DNA of 64,000 nt from a virus (IMGVR_UViG_3300042502_000594:1485-65484), one strand, 5' to 3'; counted from the first letter of the stretch, positions 1-10,804 are shown. Translations and numbers: made by a program. Notes: generated by a model not told the origin, from the letters alone.

Positions 1-3000
1 ATCGCCCGCCTGAGACAGCTTGCTTGTGTGCTTAGACGGATCGTAATTTTTTGCATCAATCCCACCTATTTGGTTGATTGCTCCACCGGCCATTCCAACC
101 GCTCCCGCTATGGGAGCTGTCACAGGAATAACCTTAAGGGCCGTGCCTGCAAGTTTTCCAGCGAAGTTGCCCGCCTCGTCGAACTTATCATTTGAGTACT
201 GGTCCTCGTCTATGATATCCTGCATGGACTTTATGCCAGCCACGTTGCCTATGGTTGACAGCTGAGTGTCAACAATGGTAAGCCCGACATCCTTAAGCGT
301 CTTCCAGAAACCTCCCTTCTTAGCTTTGAGGTTCGGCTCCTTTCCGGTGTAGCCTATCTTTCCACCCAACACCTCGATGTCTATACCGCCGTTCTCGTGG
401 CTTTTTCCCTTGAACTCTGTTACGATGTCCCACTTACCGCCGGGGATGAAGCCCATTCTCATGCCATGTTCGGCTTTCTTAGTTCCGGGAGGACACTTGA
501 TTTCTACGCTGCCTTCATCAACCATTTTGTCAATGTCTGCTGCGGTAATTACATTCTCACCAAGCGCCTGCTTCATCAGTGTCTCCATCTCATTGAGACC
601 GCCCTCTTTGTTCTGTGAGCGCATCTCATCGAGCTTGGCGGTAACGTCAGCAATTTGCTGTTCAGACATTGTGCCTGTGCCGGTCTCGTTTTGCTGAACC
701 TCGTTTTCAAACAACGCCTGTTCGAGGTTGTTTATTTCGGATATTCTTGTGGGCGCAGCTTGTGTTTTAGGAGCTTCTAGGGCGGCTAGTTCTGCGTCGT
801 ATTTAGCATTGATTTCTTGTCTTCTTTGTTCTCTTTCTTTTCTGTCTTGTTCGTTTTTTGCAATCCTCTCTTTGTCTTCTTTTGTTGGATTTTCTTCATC
901 TATAAGAGGATAAAGCCTTTCTACGTTTTCAGGTTTATTTAATTCTTCTTTTCTTCTTTCTTCTATTTCTTCCCTTTGTGCTTGAAGTACTCCACCTGCT
1001 TGAGTCGTTTCTGTGCCTGCGCCTTGGATAACCCTGGCTTGGATAGGTTCTTGCCCGACTCCGACTTGACCTGGTAGCCCTTGGATGTTTTCTTGATCAT
1101 ATATTGCTTGTTTTTGCTGTTCTAATTGATCGGCGAACATGGCGTTAACCTCGTCCTCCAACTGCTTAATCTCCGCGTCTTTTTGCTCATCTGGTATTCT
1201 AAGCTTCTTCATTCTCTCCTGCTCCTTCTTCATCAGGGCGGCTTGTTGTGCGAGGGCGAAGGCTTGGTTTTGCTTTTCGCGACTCATGCCCTTCCACGCA
1301 CTGTGAGAACTCATAGCATCGAAAACCTCAGTTGCTTCATTGAAATCTTTTAAGTCTTCTTTATTTCCTATTTTGTCGGCAGCAGTTCCGCGCTCAGTCA
1401 ACATGTCTCTTCTGTCAACCATCTCACGCATTACCTCTTGTTGTACAGGGCTTTTAGGAGTTGGTCTAGAGAACACGGATAGTCCTCCACCCGCTATCAA
1501 TCCGCCTAATATGGCGTCTGTGTATGCCTCTCCATTAAACGTATCATTAAAATACTCTCGTTTTCCAACCGCGTTTATTGTTTCTTTTCCTACATCTTCC
1601 CCCACTTGACCAAGCAATTCTTCTCCCGCTTCTTTTACAGCGGTTTTAGCATAAGTTATTCCCGACTCAGGCACAGCCTTAAGTGCGTTTTTCAAAGATA
1701 ATTTTGCAGCCTCTTTTATTGGAAGCCCTGATTTAACTCCAGATTTAAGTCCTTGTATAACGCTTTTTCTAAAAGCACTAGGTTGAAAGTATTTAACATC
1801 GGGGATAATTGATTCGATAAGTGCTGTTTGAGCGGCTAAAAACGAACCTGCTACAGCCGCCTCTTGCGGAGACATCCCCGCATCAAGAGCCTCTTGGTAG
1901 TAGTCTGCTTCACTAGTCAAAAAAGCAGTTCCAAATGTGGCTGCCGATTGGCCAAGCGACGTTGCCCCGCCTAGCGAGCCTCCCGCAGCAAATAAAGCTG
2001 CCGACCCTATTGCGTTACCTCCAACAACTGCAAGTCGAGCGGTAAATGGAAGGTCGGACATATTCTTGCCCTGGGGTAATGGTGCGCCAAATTCACGATC
2101 TAAATCAGACTTTTGACCTGATACCATGTCGTACATCTGGTCGGACCAGTCGTAATCCGTGTCACCGACTAAATCACCAAGAACCTTAGGAACTTGAGCC
2201 ACGCTTAATACACCATTCGCTACAGCACCTCCGATTCCCTTAAAAAACTCGACAGTATTACCGTCTCCTGCTTGAAGGGCTTCGAATCGGCGCAACTTAG
2301 CCTCCTCATCTACCATTTCGGTTCCTGCAATTTTTCCATATTGCAGTTTATTCTGAGCGTATACAGCCGAGGTGCCTAGCAGTGAATTTCTCTTCTTTTC
2401 GTACTTGCCGTACAAATCATTTAATTGAGCTTTCTGCTCATCTGTTACAGCTATTTTTTGAAGCTCATCAATTTGATTTGATACTTGACCTAGCTCCCAT
2501 TCCTTAGCATCATAAAACTCTCCTACAGCTTCAGATTCAACTTGTCTTAAAAACTTTTCATCTTGATCTGTTCTATCGGCCTTTGGTTTCGCTTTTAAAG
2601 CCTTGTATTTTTCTTTATAAGTATCACTTTTACTAGAACCAACAAGCTCCAAATAATCTAAGTAATTACTTGTAATATCTGCTGCATATTCATTGGATTC
2701 ACCCGGCGTTGGCATCTTATAAATATCCTTATCGCCAATAACAGAATTAAAAATAGCCTTGCTTTTCTGTGAGTTTTTAGCAACGATAATAGGATCAGCG
2801 AATTTAGGTGCGCTAATCTCATCGGGCTTTTCTTCAACGTCAACCTCAAAGTATTTAGACGTGGGAATCTTGGCTTTCTTTTCAGCCGCCTTTTGCTCCT
2901 GCTCTTGTTGAAAACTCGTCTTTAATGGGACTTGGGTTTCGCTTGCAGAGTTTACAATCTTCTCAGTTATTTTTTGCCCAAAGCTCGGCGCAGAAGGCTG

Positions 3001-3231
3001 ACCAGGCTGCCCGACAGGCGCTGAAGAGTCTGTAGGTACTTTTTTTTTTGAAGGGGAGAAGTATTCATTGTAAAAATCATCAGACCCTTTAGTGGTCAGT
3101 TGATTATCTACCATGAATTTATGAAGTTGAGCCGACTTGTTTGGGTCGGAGTATTCAGACAAAAATGTAGCCTCGTCCTTTTGGGTGAGACCATTGTCTT
3201 TCATGAACTTGTATATTGGGTTAATCTCCAT
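1..3231 (-). CDS. Giant virion/ejection-type protein, 3' end runs off the window (>1075 aa)
   Basis: ATG at 3231-3229 overlaps the upstream TAA (TAATG). Translates MEINPIYKFMKDNGL...; absent from the ORF track because no stop is reached; stretches I translated are open. Contains GKSHENGGIDIEV and KAKKGG motifs; lies after the muzzle gene where ejection proteins usually sit. Confidence 0.75.
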   Translation of the reverse strand, partial: MEINPIYKFMKDNGLTQKDEATFLSEYSDPNKSAQLHKFMVDNQLTTKGSDDFYNEYFSPSKKKVPTDSSAPVGQPGQPSAPSFGQKITEKIVNSASETQVPLKTSFQQEQEQKAAEKKAKIPTSKYFEVDVEEKPDEISAPKFADPIIVAKNSQKSKAIFNSVIGDKDIYKMPTPGESNEYAADITSNYLDYLELVGSSKSDTYKEKYKALKAKPKADRTDQDEKFLRQVESEAVGEFYDAKEWELGQVSNQIDELQKIAVTDEQKAQLNDLYGKYEKKRNSLLGTSAVYAQNKLQYGKIAGTEMVDEEAKLRRFEALQAGDGNTVEFFKGIGGAVANGVLSVAQVPKVLGDLVGDTDYDWSDQMYDMVSGQKSDLDREFGAPLPQGKNMSDLPFTARLAVVGGNAIGSAALFAAGGSLGGATSLGQSAATFGTAFLTSEADYYQEALDAGMSPQEAAVAGSFLAAQTALIESIIPDVKYFQPSAFRKSVIQGLKSGVKSGLPIKEAAKLSLKNALKAVPESGITYAKTAVKEAGEELLGQVGEDVGKETINAVGKREYFNDTFNGEAYTDAILGGLIAGGGLSVFSRPTPKSPVQQEVMREMVDRRDMLTERGTAADKIGNKEDLKDFNEATEVFDAMSSHSAWKGMSREKQNQAFALAQQAALMKKEQERMKKLRIPDEQKDAEIKQLEDEVNAMFADQLEQQKQAIYDQENIQGLPGQVGVGQEPIQARVIQGAGTETTQAGGVLQAQREEIEERRKEELNKPENVERLYPLIDEENPTKEDKERIAKNEQDRKEREQRRQEINAKYDAELAALEAPKTQAAPTRISEINNLEQALFENEVQQNETGTGTMSEQQIADVTAKLDEMRSQNKEGGLNEMETLMKQALGENVITAADIDKMVDEGSVEIKCPPGTKKAEHGMRMGFIPGGKWDIVTEFKGKSHENGGIDIEVLGGKIGYTGKEPNLKAKKGGFWKTLKDVGLTIVDTQLSTIGNVAGIKSMQDIIDEDQYSNDKFDEAGNFAGKLAGTALKVIPVTAPIAGAVGMAGGAINQIGGIDAKNYDPSKHTSKLSQAGD

Positions 3232-4445
3232 TAGAATCCTCCTTGTGGTACGCCTGTAAATGTTTTTCCTGTAGAGGTAGTTACACCAGTTCTTGTTCTA
3301 AACTCATCAAATACATTGGGATATCCTTGAGCATCAAAGTTACCCTTGTTTTTATCGTAGTCAACCTCTAGTTGAATTTGCTTAACGAGTTTGCTTCCGT
3401 CTGGCTGAACCTCTTCTATTGTTCCATAACCAACCGCAGCTACAGCGCCTCCTGGCTTCAAGTAAAATCCGTCAGCAGGGACAAAATTCATAACAGGGCT
3501 TCCTTTATCATCGTAAACATAAACGGGCTTTGTCTTACCAAGAGCTATCTTGTTAATTCCATAAGACTGATCCCACTTTGGGTTGGTCTCTTTGGTTTGT
3601 CCAGTAATTAGAACATCGGGTTCTTTTTTAGGACCGCCGTCGGATCCGCTTTTAGAACCGCCACCTGCCGGCACTTGTCTATCTTCTTTTGCCGGGTATC
3701 TCTTTTGACCCTCGGTGGCAACCCTTTCAGCAAACGCCATCTCGTCTTCACCATCTTTCTTGAGTGATTCAAACACGTCCTGCCCGGATGGGTCGTTCAT
3801 GATAAAGTCCAAAACTAAGCCTCTGTGGGCCTCTTTGTTCCGAGATGTAATCTTTAATCTTCCTTTATCTACAACCTCTTCCTTTGGAATTGTGTTGTCT
3901 ATAAAGTCTATCATGTTGTAGTTGATCTTGAACGGATTGGACTCGGTACGCATCTTTGCCCTTTCCTGTGGTGTCTTGTTGGGGTCGGCGTAGTCTTTGA
4001 GCCATTTAGTAGCGTGGTCTTTATTGTACTTGTTGGCCTTGTCTTGGTTGAGTACGTTAAAGGACTGGTTAGAATACGCTTCGTTGTCCTTCGCCGCCGA
4101 TGTGGTCCTGCGAATGTTAGCCTCTAGCTCCTTCATCTTACGCATCAATGAAGGGTCCATGTTGCCTGGGTCTATGCCCTTTGCCCTAAGGTCTATGATA
4201 AAGTCGTTGTACTCGTTAACGGCCTTGTTCACGTACTCAAAGTCTGACTGCCACACGTCGCCTGGGTCCTCTAAAAGGGCGTTCCAAGTCTGTTGCTGTT
4301 TCTTTAACTCTTCCTGCTTTTTTTTACGCTCGGCTATAATATCCTTTTGGATATTATACATTTGGTTGTAAAAACCAGACGTGTTAAAGACGGTAGCTTC
4401 ACCACCACCTTCTGGACCTACTCTTCCTTGGCTTGCTACTTCCAT
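3231..4445 (-). CDS. Putative internal virion/ejection protein (404 aa)
   Basis: Long ORF tightly packed in the structural operon; helical charged N-half; function inferred from position only. Confidence 0.5.
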   Translation of the reverse strand: MEVASQGRVGPEGGGEATVFNTSGFYNQMYNIQKDIIAERKKKQEELKKQQQTWNALLEDPGDVWQSDFEYVNKAVNEYNDFIIDLRAKGIDPGNMDPSLMRKMKELEANIRRTTSAAKDNEAYSNQSFNVLNQDKANKYNKDHATKWLKDYADPNKTPQERAKMRTESNPFKINYNMIDFIDNTIPKEEVVDKGRLKITSRNKEAHRGLVLDFIMNDPSGQDVFESLKKDGEDEMAFAERVATEGQKRYPAKEDRQVPAGGGSKSGSDGGPKKEPDVLITGQTKETNPKWDQSYGINKIALGKTKPVYVYDDKGSPVMNFVPADGFYLKPGGAVAAVGYGTIEEVQPDGSKLVKQIQLEVDYDKNKGNFDAQGYPNVFDEFRTRTGVTTSTGKTFTGVPQGGF

Positions 4446-4448
4446 TTT

Positions 4449-5339
4449 TTAATATATCGGATTGTTTAAATCGCTATCTGGGCTATTAAAGAAACCAGAA
4501 CTAAAATTGCTTCCCGTGTATCCGCTTGGAGCTTGTGGTACTACGGGTTGATAATAGTCCCACACGCTTGGGTTTTTACCCATCATTCCGCCCATACCAA
4601 AAAAATCGCCGTACATTGGCGCTGAAGGATTAGTCATGGATGGTTGATTTGCTATTGAAAAAGGCAATGGATCAACCGATGGGGTTGGTACTTGAGAATT
4701 TTTATCAAGAGAACCTTCGACACCACCTGGTGTACTCCCAATTTTTCCAAACAACTGTGATGCGGCATCAGTTCCCAAGAACTGAACAGCCGCCTGAGTC
4801 AATCCTTGTAGTCCGCCCATCCTGTTTTGCATAGAGGCCCCCTTCATTGCCGCAGCTGCTGCCGCTCTTTGGTTCCAGTCTAACTGCCTGTCGGCGGTAA
4901 CCTTGTCTTGATAAGCAGCCATAGTGTTTAGGGCTGACTGCAATGTTTGTTGGCGCTTATTGTAGTCCTGAGCGGCAGCCGCACCTAGTTTTAATTGGCC
5001 TTCTTGACCAGCTTCCCCTAACTGAGTAATTACGCCTAACAGGTCTTGTGCCGACGTGGCCGCCTTCGATGCCCTACCAGCAGTTTTAGCGTTCTCTTGG
5101 TCTATCATGTACTGCATATAGGTCTGCCCCGCCATTTCGCGTGGACGAGCAACATCCTCAGCAATACCCAGAGCCCTGTTGGCGCTGTCTGGTATTTCAT
5201 ACGCAACGCGAGGCCCGAGCGCTTGCTGCATCTTCTCAGCTTCTTTACCCTGCTTTCTGGCTGTGCCCATTTGAAGAAGGCCAGGACCTAATTGCACTAA
5301 AGAAGAAACTAACTGTGGGGTTAACCAACTCATATCCAT
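4449..5339 (-). CDS. Putative ejection (pilot-type) protein, Ala/Gln/Gly-rich
   Basis: Hydrophobic N-terminus then A/Q/G-rich helices, directly after the muzzle gene. Start moved to ATG 5339, just downstream of a TAAATTTG box. Confidence 0.55.
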   Translation of the reverse strand: MDMSWLTPQLVSSLVQLGPGLLQMGTARKQGKEAEKMQQALGPRVAYEIPDSANRALGIAEDVARPREMAGQTYMQYMIDQENAKTAGRASKAATSAQDLLGVITQLGEAGQEGQLKLGAAAAQDYNKRQQTLQSALNTMAAYQDKVTADRQLDWNQRAAAAAAMKGASMQNRMGGLQGLTQAAVQFLGTDAASQLFGKIGSTPGGVEGSLDKNSQVPTPSVDPLPFSIANQPSMTNPSAPMYGDFFGMGGMMGKNPSVWDYYQPVVPQAPSGYTGSNFSSGFFNSPDSDLNNPIY

Positions 5340-5350
5340 AGCTCGCAAAT

Positions 5351-8300
5351 TTAAGATAAAACACCCTTAATTCCAACAGAGAAAAGAACAGAACCTTCAC
5401 CCGACGATCCTGGCGCTGCTGGGTCATAACTCAACGTGTGGGTCAAGGCGTTTGCTCTTACGTCTTCTCCATTTAATAAAACCTTTTCACTCAAGTACCA
5501 TGTGCCCTCCACGTTGTACGTGTTGGGCTCCAACCCTACTAACTCAACGTCAGTGGTGTTCGGTCCTGAGCTATAAACAGGGTTGTCAATAATCCCTGTG
5601 TATATGTTCTTGTCTTCCTGTACAATTGTAATGGTCTCACCAGCGAGCGAGGATTGGTTGCCGTTCAGTGTCCATGTGTTTGAACTGGTAAAGCTCACGT
5701 TTCCTGAAACAAAGAAGCGAGGATCGTACAGGTTCTTACGGTAGTTTGTCTTACCATATCCCTCATACATTCCAAGCAAGTTCTCGGTCATGATGGTCTT
5801 CATTCCGAGCGGGTAGTTCCTGTTCGGCTCTGATGATGCATCAACCGCGAACTTGTCGTCCGAAATCAAGGTTATATCTTGATAACGCTTTAATAGTAAA
5901 GGATTTTCGTTTGATACAAACTTGACCTTCTGAATGAATGAATCTCCGTGGAACGTCCACTCGCCGTCTTGGTTGTGGAGATAGAGCTGATTGTTCTCTC
6001 CCCAACCAACTAGCGTCTGACCAAGGTTACAGAACAGGGCAAAGTTGTAGTCGTAGGTTGAACGCCATCTCATGTTTACATAGTCAAACACTACATGATC
6101 GTTGTAGTAAACATACCTAGACCGCTTTATTGTAGCTGTGTCTGCGAATATTGTATAAAATATTGGGTCGGGACCAACGCTAATAGTGTCCCCGGTAATT
6201 CCTGTAACATTTCCAGTATACAATGAAGTTCCTAACTCTATATCAACTATTTCAATGAAGTCGCCTAATTGATATTGAGTCCCATCGTTTGAGATGAAAA
6301 ACTCGTCATCATAATCAATCTGGTTAGGGTTTGTCTCCGTTCCTATAAGGTCGAGTTCTTGAAGTTTAAATGCAAATCCAACCTCTCCAACAGTCTCGTT
6401 AATGTAAGTCCTTACCATCGGGCTTGGGCTGTCGTTGTAAGCCTTGGCAAGCGCTTTAGTCTTTGTTCTGAACTTGTAGTCCTTTCCTGTGTCGGGATCT
6501 ATCTCGCTGACCACCATTTGACCGTTTCCTCCTGAGTAAATAAACACCCCAGAGTTGTTGTCGAAGTACATCACGGATCCGTTTGGAAGAAGGGCGGTCG
6601 CCCCTGCGTCAGTACACCCGAACAGACTCTTGTAGTCAAACCACGACGCAAACGTCTTGTTAGAAACACGAACAGTTGAGTCTGATCCCACCTCGTTTGG
6701 ATAGAACTGGATGTAAATAGAGTTCTCTCTCTTTGGTTGTAGACACTTCAAGGTCTTACCCTCGCGGCCTGACATATACGTCCTAACAATCTCCCCGTAA
6801 AGAGGGTTCATGTCCTCGATGTTTGTGTTGTCGAGGGCGAATGAAGAGAGTCCGTTTATCTGCGTCCCAAGCACGAAGGATTCGGAGTGGATAGACGACG
6901 CCCTGCGGTGAACCATCTTGGCGTTTTGGTCCTCGATCCTGAGCCTGCCGTCGTTGTGTATGTCGCTTGGGAAGTAGTCTGAATAGTTAAAGTCTTCTAT
7001 GAAATAATATATAATGGACCTACCTCCGCCAAAACCGGAATAACTGTTCCTCTGCCTCAAGTAAACGTCACCGTAGTTTATTTGGTAAAACGCGGCGGTG
7101 GTGCTGACAAGGTTGTCAACTACTTGGTCTTGACCGTTAAGCGTAACATAAGCAATCGTTATGTCGGTTCCTATGGCGCTTAATGTTATCGTGGTTATGT
7201 TCCTGATACTGTCATAAATAGCCGAAGTTACATCGGTTGTGTCTTGATCAATAGAACCATCACCATAGTAAATAGTGGCAGGCCATCCAGTTGTTCCGTT
7301 TAATTGGCTCTGATCCCCGCTCATGTAAAAATATTCAACCGCAGGCTCGGTGTCTATCTGTATGTAATACTGAACAGGAGAACCATGAGACCTATCCTCA
7401 GTGTGTGGATTTTTTATCTGAATAGCCTCTGTTATGTCTTTCCACGTAGAAACAAACACGTTCCCGGTGTCGTCCACAGATGGTCTTGGGGTATAAATCT
7501 CAAGCTCTTGTCCGAATATTTTACTAGTGGAGGCCGTGAAATCATCACCAATAGAAATCATTTCAGCTTGAAACAAGTTAGTGTATATAACCGTTCTACC
7601 AGACTCCACGCCAACCTCTACGATGTCCAATTCAAGGTATGGCAAATATTGTAGGTAGTATGCGTTAGACCTCTTGAATCGCAACTTGTCACCCACCTTA
7701 ATCTCGTGCCTAATGTTAGCCCCCTTGTTATTGGTCACATAGTAGTTGTCAAGATATATCTTGTAACGACTGTTTCCTGAGTCAAGGACCACAGATGCCT
7801 GGTAAGCTGCCGTTCCGTTGTTTAGGTTTGTTATATACTGTCCAAAGCTCAATATCTCGGTTGCCGGTTTTGCCACTATCCAATACTTAGTAGCCCAAAC
7901 TGGTGGCACGTGATTTATTGCAATTTTGGGGATTACAGTAAACGGGTTTTTAAAATCGTTAAGCGCTCCTGATTGGGATATGTCATAGAACCATGGAACA
8001 AACAAGTTCATAGAGTCGACGGTGTAAACCGTGCTGTCCCTATATGCTCTGTCTCCATAAACGATCCCAAACTCATGAGTTGCCCCAACCTTTAGGCTTG
8101 GGGTAACGCCCGTTACCTTGTCGTAGTCTAATGTTCTTGAAGACCAATTAGAGCCATAAGGTAAGTTTCCATTTATGGACTGCAATCCCCCTCCTCCTTG
8201 GTACCCGAAAGGACTATTCTCCCATTTAGCCATCCTGTTTGATTCAATCGTTCCTGATCCAACCGTCCCCGAATAAGTAAAGTCACCAAGAACCCAAGTG

Positions 8301-10804
8301 TAAGACCCGTTTGTTATGGTGTAGACTGGGTCGCCGCCGACAAATGAGTTTGCTGCATCGTTATCAAAAGCACCATCAGCATCTAACCTAACAAACTTCT
8401 CTCTTGATATTCCTTTGTAAGAAGTAAACCTTCCGCAAACGTATACAAATAACCCATTATAGTCCACAGAATATACAAGGTCATCAAAACCAGTTCCTGG
8501 ATCAAATGTTGAGGTTGGTGGCAGGGTTCCGTCAGCGTTTAACAGGGCGATTCTGTTTCTTGAAGAGCCGTTGCAGGTGTTGAAATTTCCTCCAATATAA
8601 GCCCTGTCTAGCCCCGTGAAAGTGGGGATAATCGATATAGAGAATACGGCGCCGTTGGTGAATCCAGAATAAGTCGGGTCATGTGTTCCGTCGCTGTTTA
8701 ATCTAGCCAAATTTGTAAGGAATGACGGTATGCCTAAGGAAAATCCGCCTATAATCACTCTCCCCGTAGACTGGACATCTATCGCGTAAACCTTGCTTAA
8801 TGATGGTGTAACCGATGTTATCGGGGACGTAAAGCCCGTGTCTAAGGTTCCGTCAGGATTTAATCGAGCAATCAAGTTTCTTGACACGCCGTTAAACTCG
8901 GTGAAGTCTCCCCCAACTAAAATCTTTCCATCAGATTGTATTTTTATCGCGTATACGTCCCCATTAAATCCCGAACCTACGTTAAAAGACGTGTCTATTG
9001 GTCCGTTTGGCTGTAATCTCGCTATTCTATTTCTAGGGTTGCCATTAAAGTCAGTGAACTTACCCCCAACTACTATATAGCCATCAGACTGAACCTTTAT
9101 CGCAAGAACAGTGTCATTGAATCCCGTGCCTACATTAAAGTTGGGATCTACAGTTCCGTTTGAATACGTTGTTGATGTGCCAATCCTGCATATTCTGTTT
9201 GAGGAAACATTAGCAATAGCCGTAAACTCACCTCCGACTATTTTATAGTTGCCCTGATTGTCACCTGTTTTAATGGCCCCATTGAAGCCATATCTACCAA
9301 CTGCGGTGTATTGCATTCCGTCTGTAGAGTAAGATATGACGGTTCCAGGTAATTCAAAATAACCTTGCGCCCCCCATTGTTCTATGAACGAATTACCTAC
9401 CAGTTCCATTATGTAGGCGTTCTGGTCAAAGAATGTTGGCAGTGTAAGCGCTGTGTCTACATCTTCCTGAGACACACTATAGAATAGGCGTTGGTTGCTG
9501 TATGGGTTACTGGTATAAACTGTATCAGTCCATGTAACAAACTGCAAAATGTCTCCGGCTTGAAATATAAATGAATTAGTCACATCCCCATAAGCATCTC
9601 CAGAGTATCTAAATATAAAATCGCCACCTGTTATTTGAACCGTAAAAAGAGTGCTAAAGTCAACAGAGTTCCAAAGAACCTCCCTGACGTCATACCCGGT
9701 CTGAACATCTAAAATAAATGGAGCCTCGGTAGGCTTGTCGTAACCCTCTCTAAAGTTAGAATATGCCAACTGATTGGTTGGGAGATACTCTTGACAGTCA
9801 GAAGTTATCGGTAGCCTGTCGTAGTTCTTAAACACGTCAGTGGCAGCACTTGTAGCAACACTGCCATAAAAGTTTACGGTGTGAAATGCATTGTCGCTTA
9901 TAGAGTCTTGGTCCTTGTTGAGTTGAAGGAATACACCAAATGGAGGCACTGTTCCGAATGAATCCCTATCGAATTGCTGAACTGCTAGGTTGAAACCTCT
10001 AATAACCTTAGGTCCTGTATCAAATTGGATCCTTATTACATTGTCGTTGTTGAGGAACACCCAGTTGGTTCCACTAACAAGTTCTGACTGGTCAGGTAGG
10101 GCCAAGTTAGAATACATCGACCAAACACCAATCTCGCCGTTTTCGTATATAGGCTGAATGATAAACTTAAATAGTTTACCACGCAGCTTGTTGTCATTGC
10201 GAGCAGTGTCCGTAAAGTAACTGACGATAGGTGGCTCCATTGGCCACTTAATTGCGTCTATAGTTTGAAGATCGTATATCGTGTAAAAGCCGTCAAGGGC
10301 CTTACGTATGTTAATCTGATAAGGAGGATTGAAAAGACGGGTTCCGTCGTCTTCATACATTGCGGGGTCCCAACGTCCGTCAGTCCATTTAAGGATATCG
10401 TCTATCACATTCGCGTGAAAGATTGGCCAGTCTGGACTAAAGTTTAATACCAAGTCTTGAACTACGAGTTGATGAGTTTGAGTTGCGATATAGTAAACCC
10501 AAATCTCGTGAGGAACGGGGGGTGGAGGGAACGGAAGTACTGGAGGTGGTGTGTATTTGTAAACGAAATAAACAATAGCGTTTTCCTTCAGCCACTGTGT
10601 GGCCCCAAGCACCTTGTCTTCAGGCTCAATATCATCATTGGTAATCTCAATAGTACCATCTGAGGTCTCTACCGCGAATGCATTACCCGAATTAAAACCA
10701 AGGCGACAATATGAAAAGTCACGATAGTCGCCCTTGGGTATACTCTGTGGGGTGTCGTCGGTGTTTATACCGCCCTCAAATGTTATTATCTCGTTGAAAT
10801 CCAT
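5351..10804 (-). CDS. Tail stabilization/muzzle protein (P22 gp10/crAss-like) with inserted delta-60-type beta-propeller
   Basis: 1817 aa; starts FEGGINTDDTP, with LKWTDG, LKVGATHEFGIVY and INGLSSF motifs typical of this family; internal GFNxxVxAIxVQSDGKILVGGxF repeats. Confidence 0.75.
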   Translation of the reverse strand: MDFNEIITFEGGINTDDTPQSIPKGDYRDFSYCRLGFNSGNAFAVETSDGTIEITNDDIEPEDKVLGATQWLKENAIVYFVYKYTPPPVLPFPPPPVPHEIWVYYIATQTHQLVVQDLVLNFSPDWPIFHANVIDDILKWTDGRWDPAMYEDDGTRLFNPPYQINIRKALDGFYTIYDLQTIDAIKWPMEPPIVSYFTDTARNDNKLRGKLFKFIIQPIYENGEIGVWSMYSNLALPDQSELVSGTNWVFLNNDNVIRIQFDTGPKVIRGFNLAVQQFDRDSFGTVPPFGVFLQLNKDQDSISDNAFHTVNFYGSVATSAATDVFKNYDRLPITSDCQEYLPTNQLAYSNFREGYDKPTEAPFILDVQTGYDVREVLWNSVDFSTLFTVQITGGDFIFRYSGDAYGDVTNSFIFQAGDILQFVTWTDTVYTSNPYSNQRLFYSVSQEDVDTALTLPTFFDQNAYIMELVGNSFIEQWGAQGYFELPGTVISYSTDGMQYTAVGRYGFNGAIKTGDNQGNYKIVGGEFTAIANVSSNRICRIGTSTTYSNGTVDPNFNVGTGFNDTVLAIKVQSDGYIVVGGKFTDFNGNPRNRIARLQPNGPIDTSFNVGSGFNGDVYAIKIQSDGKILVGGDFTEFNGVSRNLIARLNPDGTLDTGFTSPITSVTPSLSKVYAIDVQSTGRVIIGGFSLGIPSFLTNLARLNSDGTHDPTYSGFTNGAVFSISIIPTFTGLDRAYIGGNFNTCNGSSRNRIALLNADGTLPPTSTFDPGTGFDDLVYSVDYNGLFVYVCGRFTSYKGISREKFVRLDADGAFDNDAANSFVGGDPVYTITNGSYTWVLGDFTYSGTVGSGTIESNRMAKWENSPFGYQGGGGLQSINGNLPYGSNWSSRTLDYDKVTGVTPSLKVGATHEFGIVYGDRAYRDSTVYTVDSMNLFVPWFYDISQSGALNDFKNPFTVIPKIAINHVPPVWATKYWIVAKPATEILSFGQYITNLNNGTAAYQASVVLDSGNSRYKIYLDNYYVTNNKGANIRHEIKVGDKLRFKRSNAYYLQYLPYLELDIVEVGVESGRTVIYTNLFQAEMISIGDDFTASTSKIFGQELEIYTPRPSVDDTGNVFVSTWKDITEAIQIKNPHTEDRSHGSPVQYYIQIDTEPAVEYFYMSGDQSQLNGTTGWPATIYYGDGSIDQDTTDVTSAIYDSIRNITTITLSAIGTDITIAYVTLNGQDQVVDNLVSTTAAFYQINYGDVYLRQRNSYSGFGGGRSIIYYFIEDFNYSDYFPSDIHNDGRLRIEDQNAKMVHRRASSIHSESFVLGTQINGLSSFALDNTNIEDMNPLYGEIVRTYMSGREGKTLKCLQPKRENSIYIQFYPNEVGSDSTVRVSNKTFASWFDYKSLFGCTDAGATALLPNGSVMYFDNNSGVFIYSGGNGQMVVSEIDPDTGKDYKFRTKTKALAKAYNDSPSPMVRTYINETVGEVGFAFKLQELDLIGTETNPNQIDYDDEFFISNDGTQYQLGDFIEIVDIELGTSLYTGNVTGITGDTISVGPDPIFYTIFADTATIKRSRYVYYNDHVVFDYVNMRWRSTYDYNFALFCNLGQTLVGWGENNQLYLHNQDGEWTFHGDSFIQKVKFVSNENPLLLKRYQDITLISDDKFAVDASSEPNRNYPLGMKTIMTENLLGMYEGYGKTNYRKNLYDPRFFVSGNVSFTSSNTWTLNGNQSSLAGETITIVQEDKNIYTGIIDNPVYSSGPNTTDVELVGLEPNTYNVEGTWYLSEKVLLNGEDVRANALTHTLSYDPAAPGSSGEGSVLFSVGIKGVLS

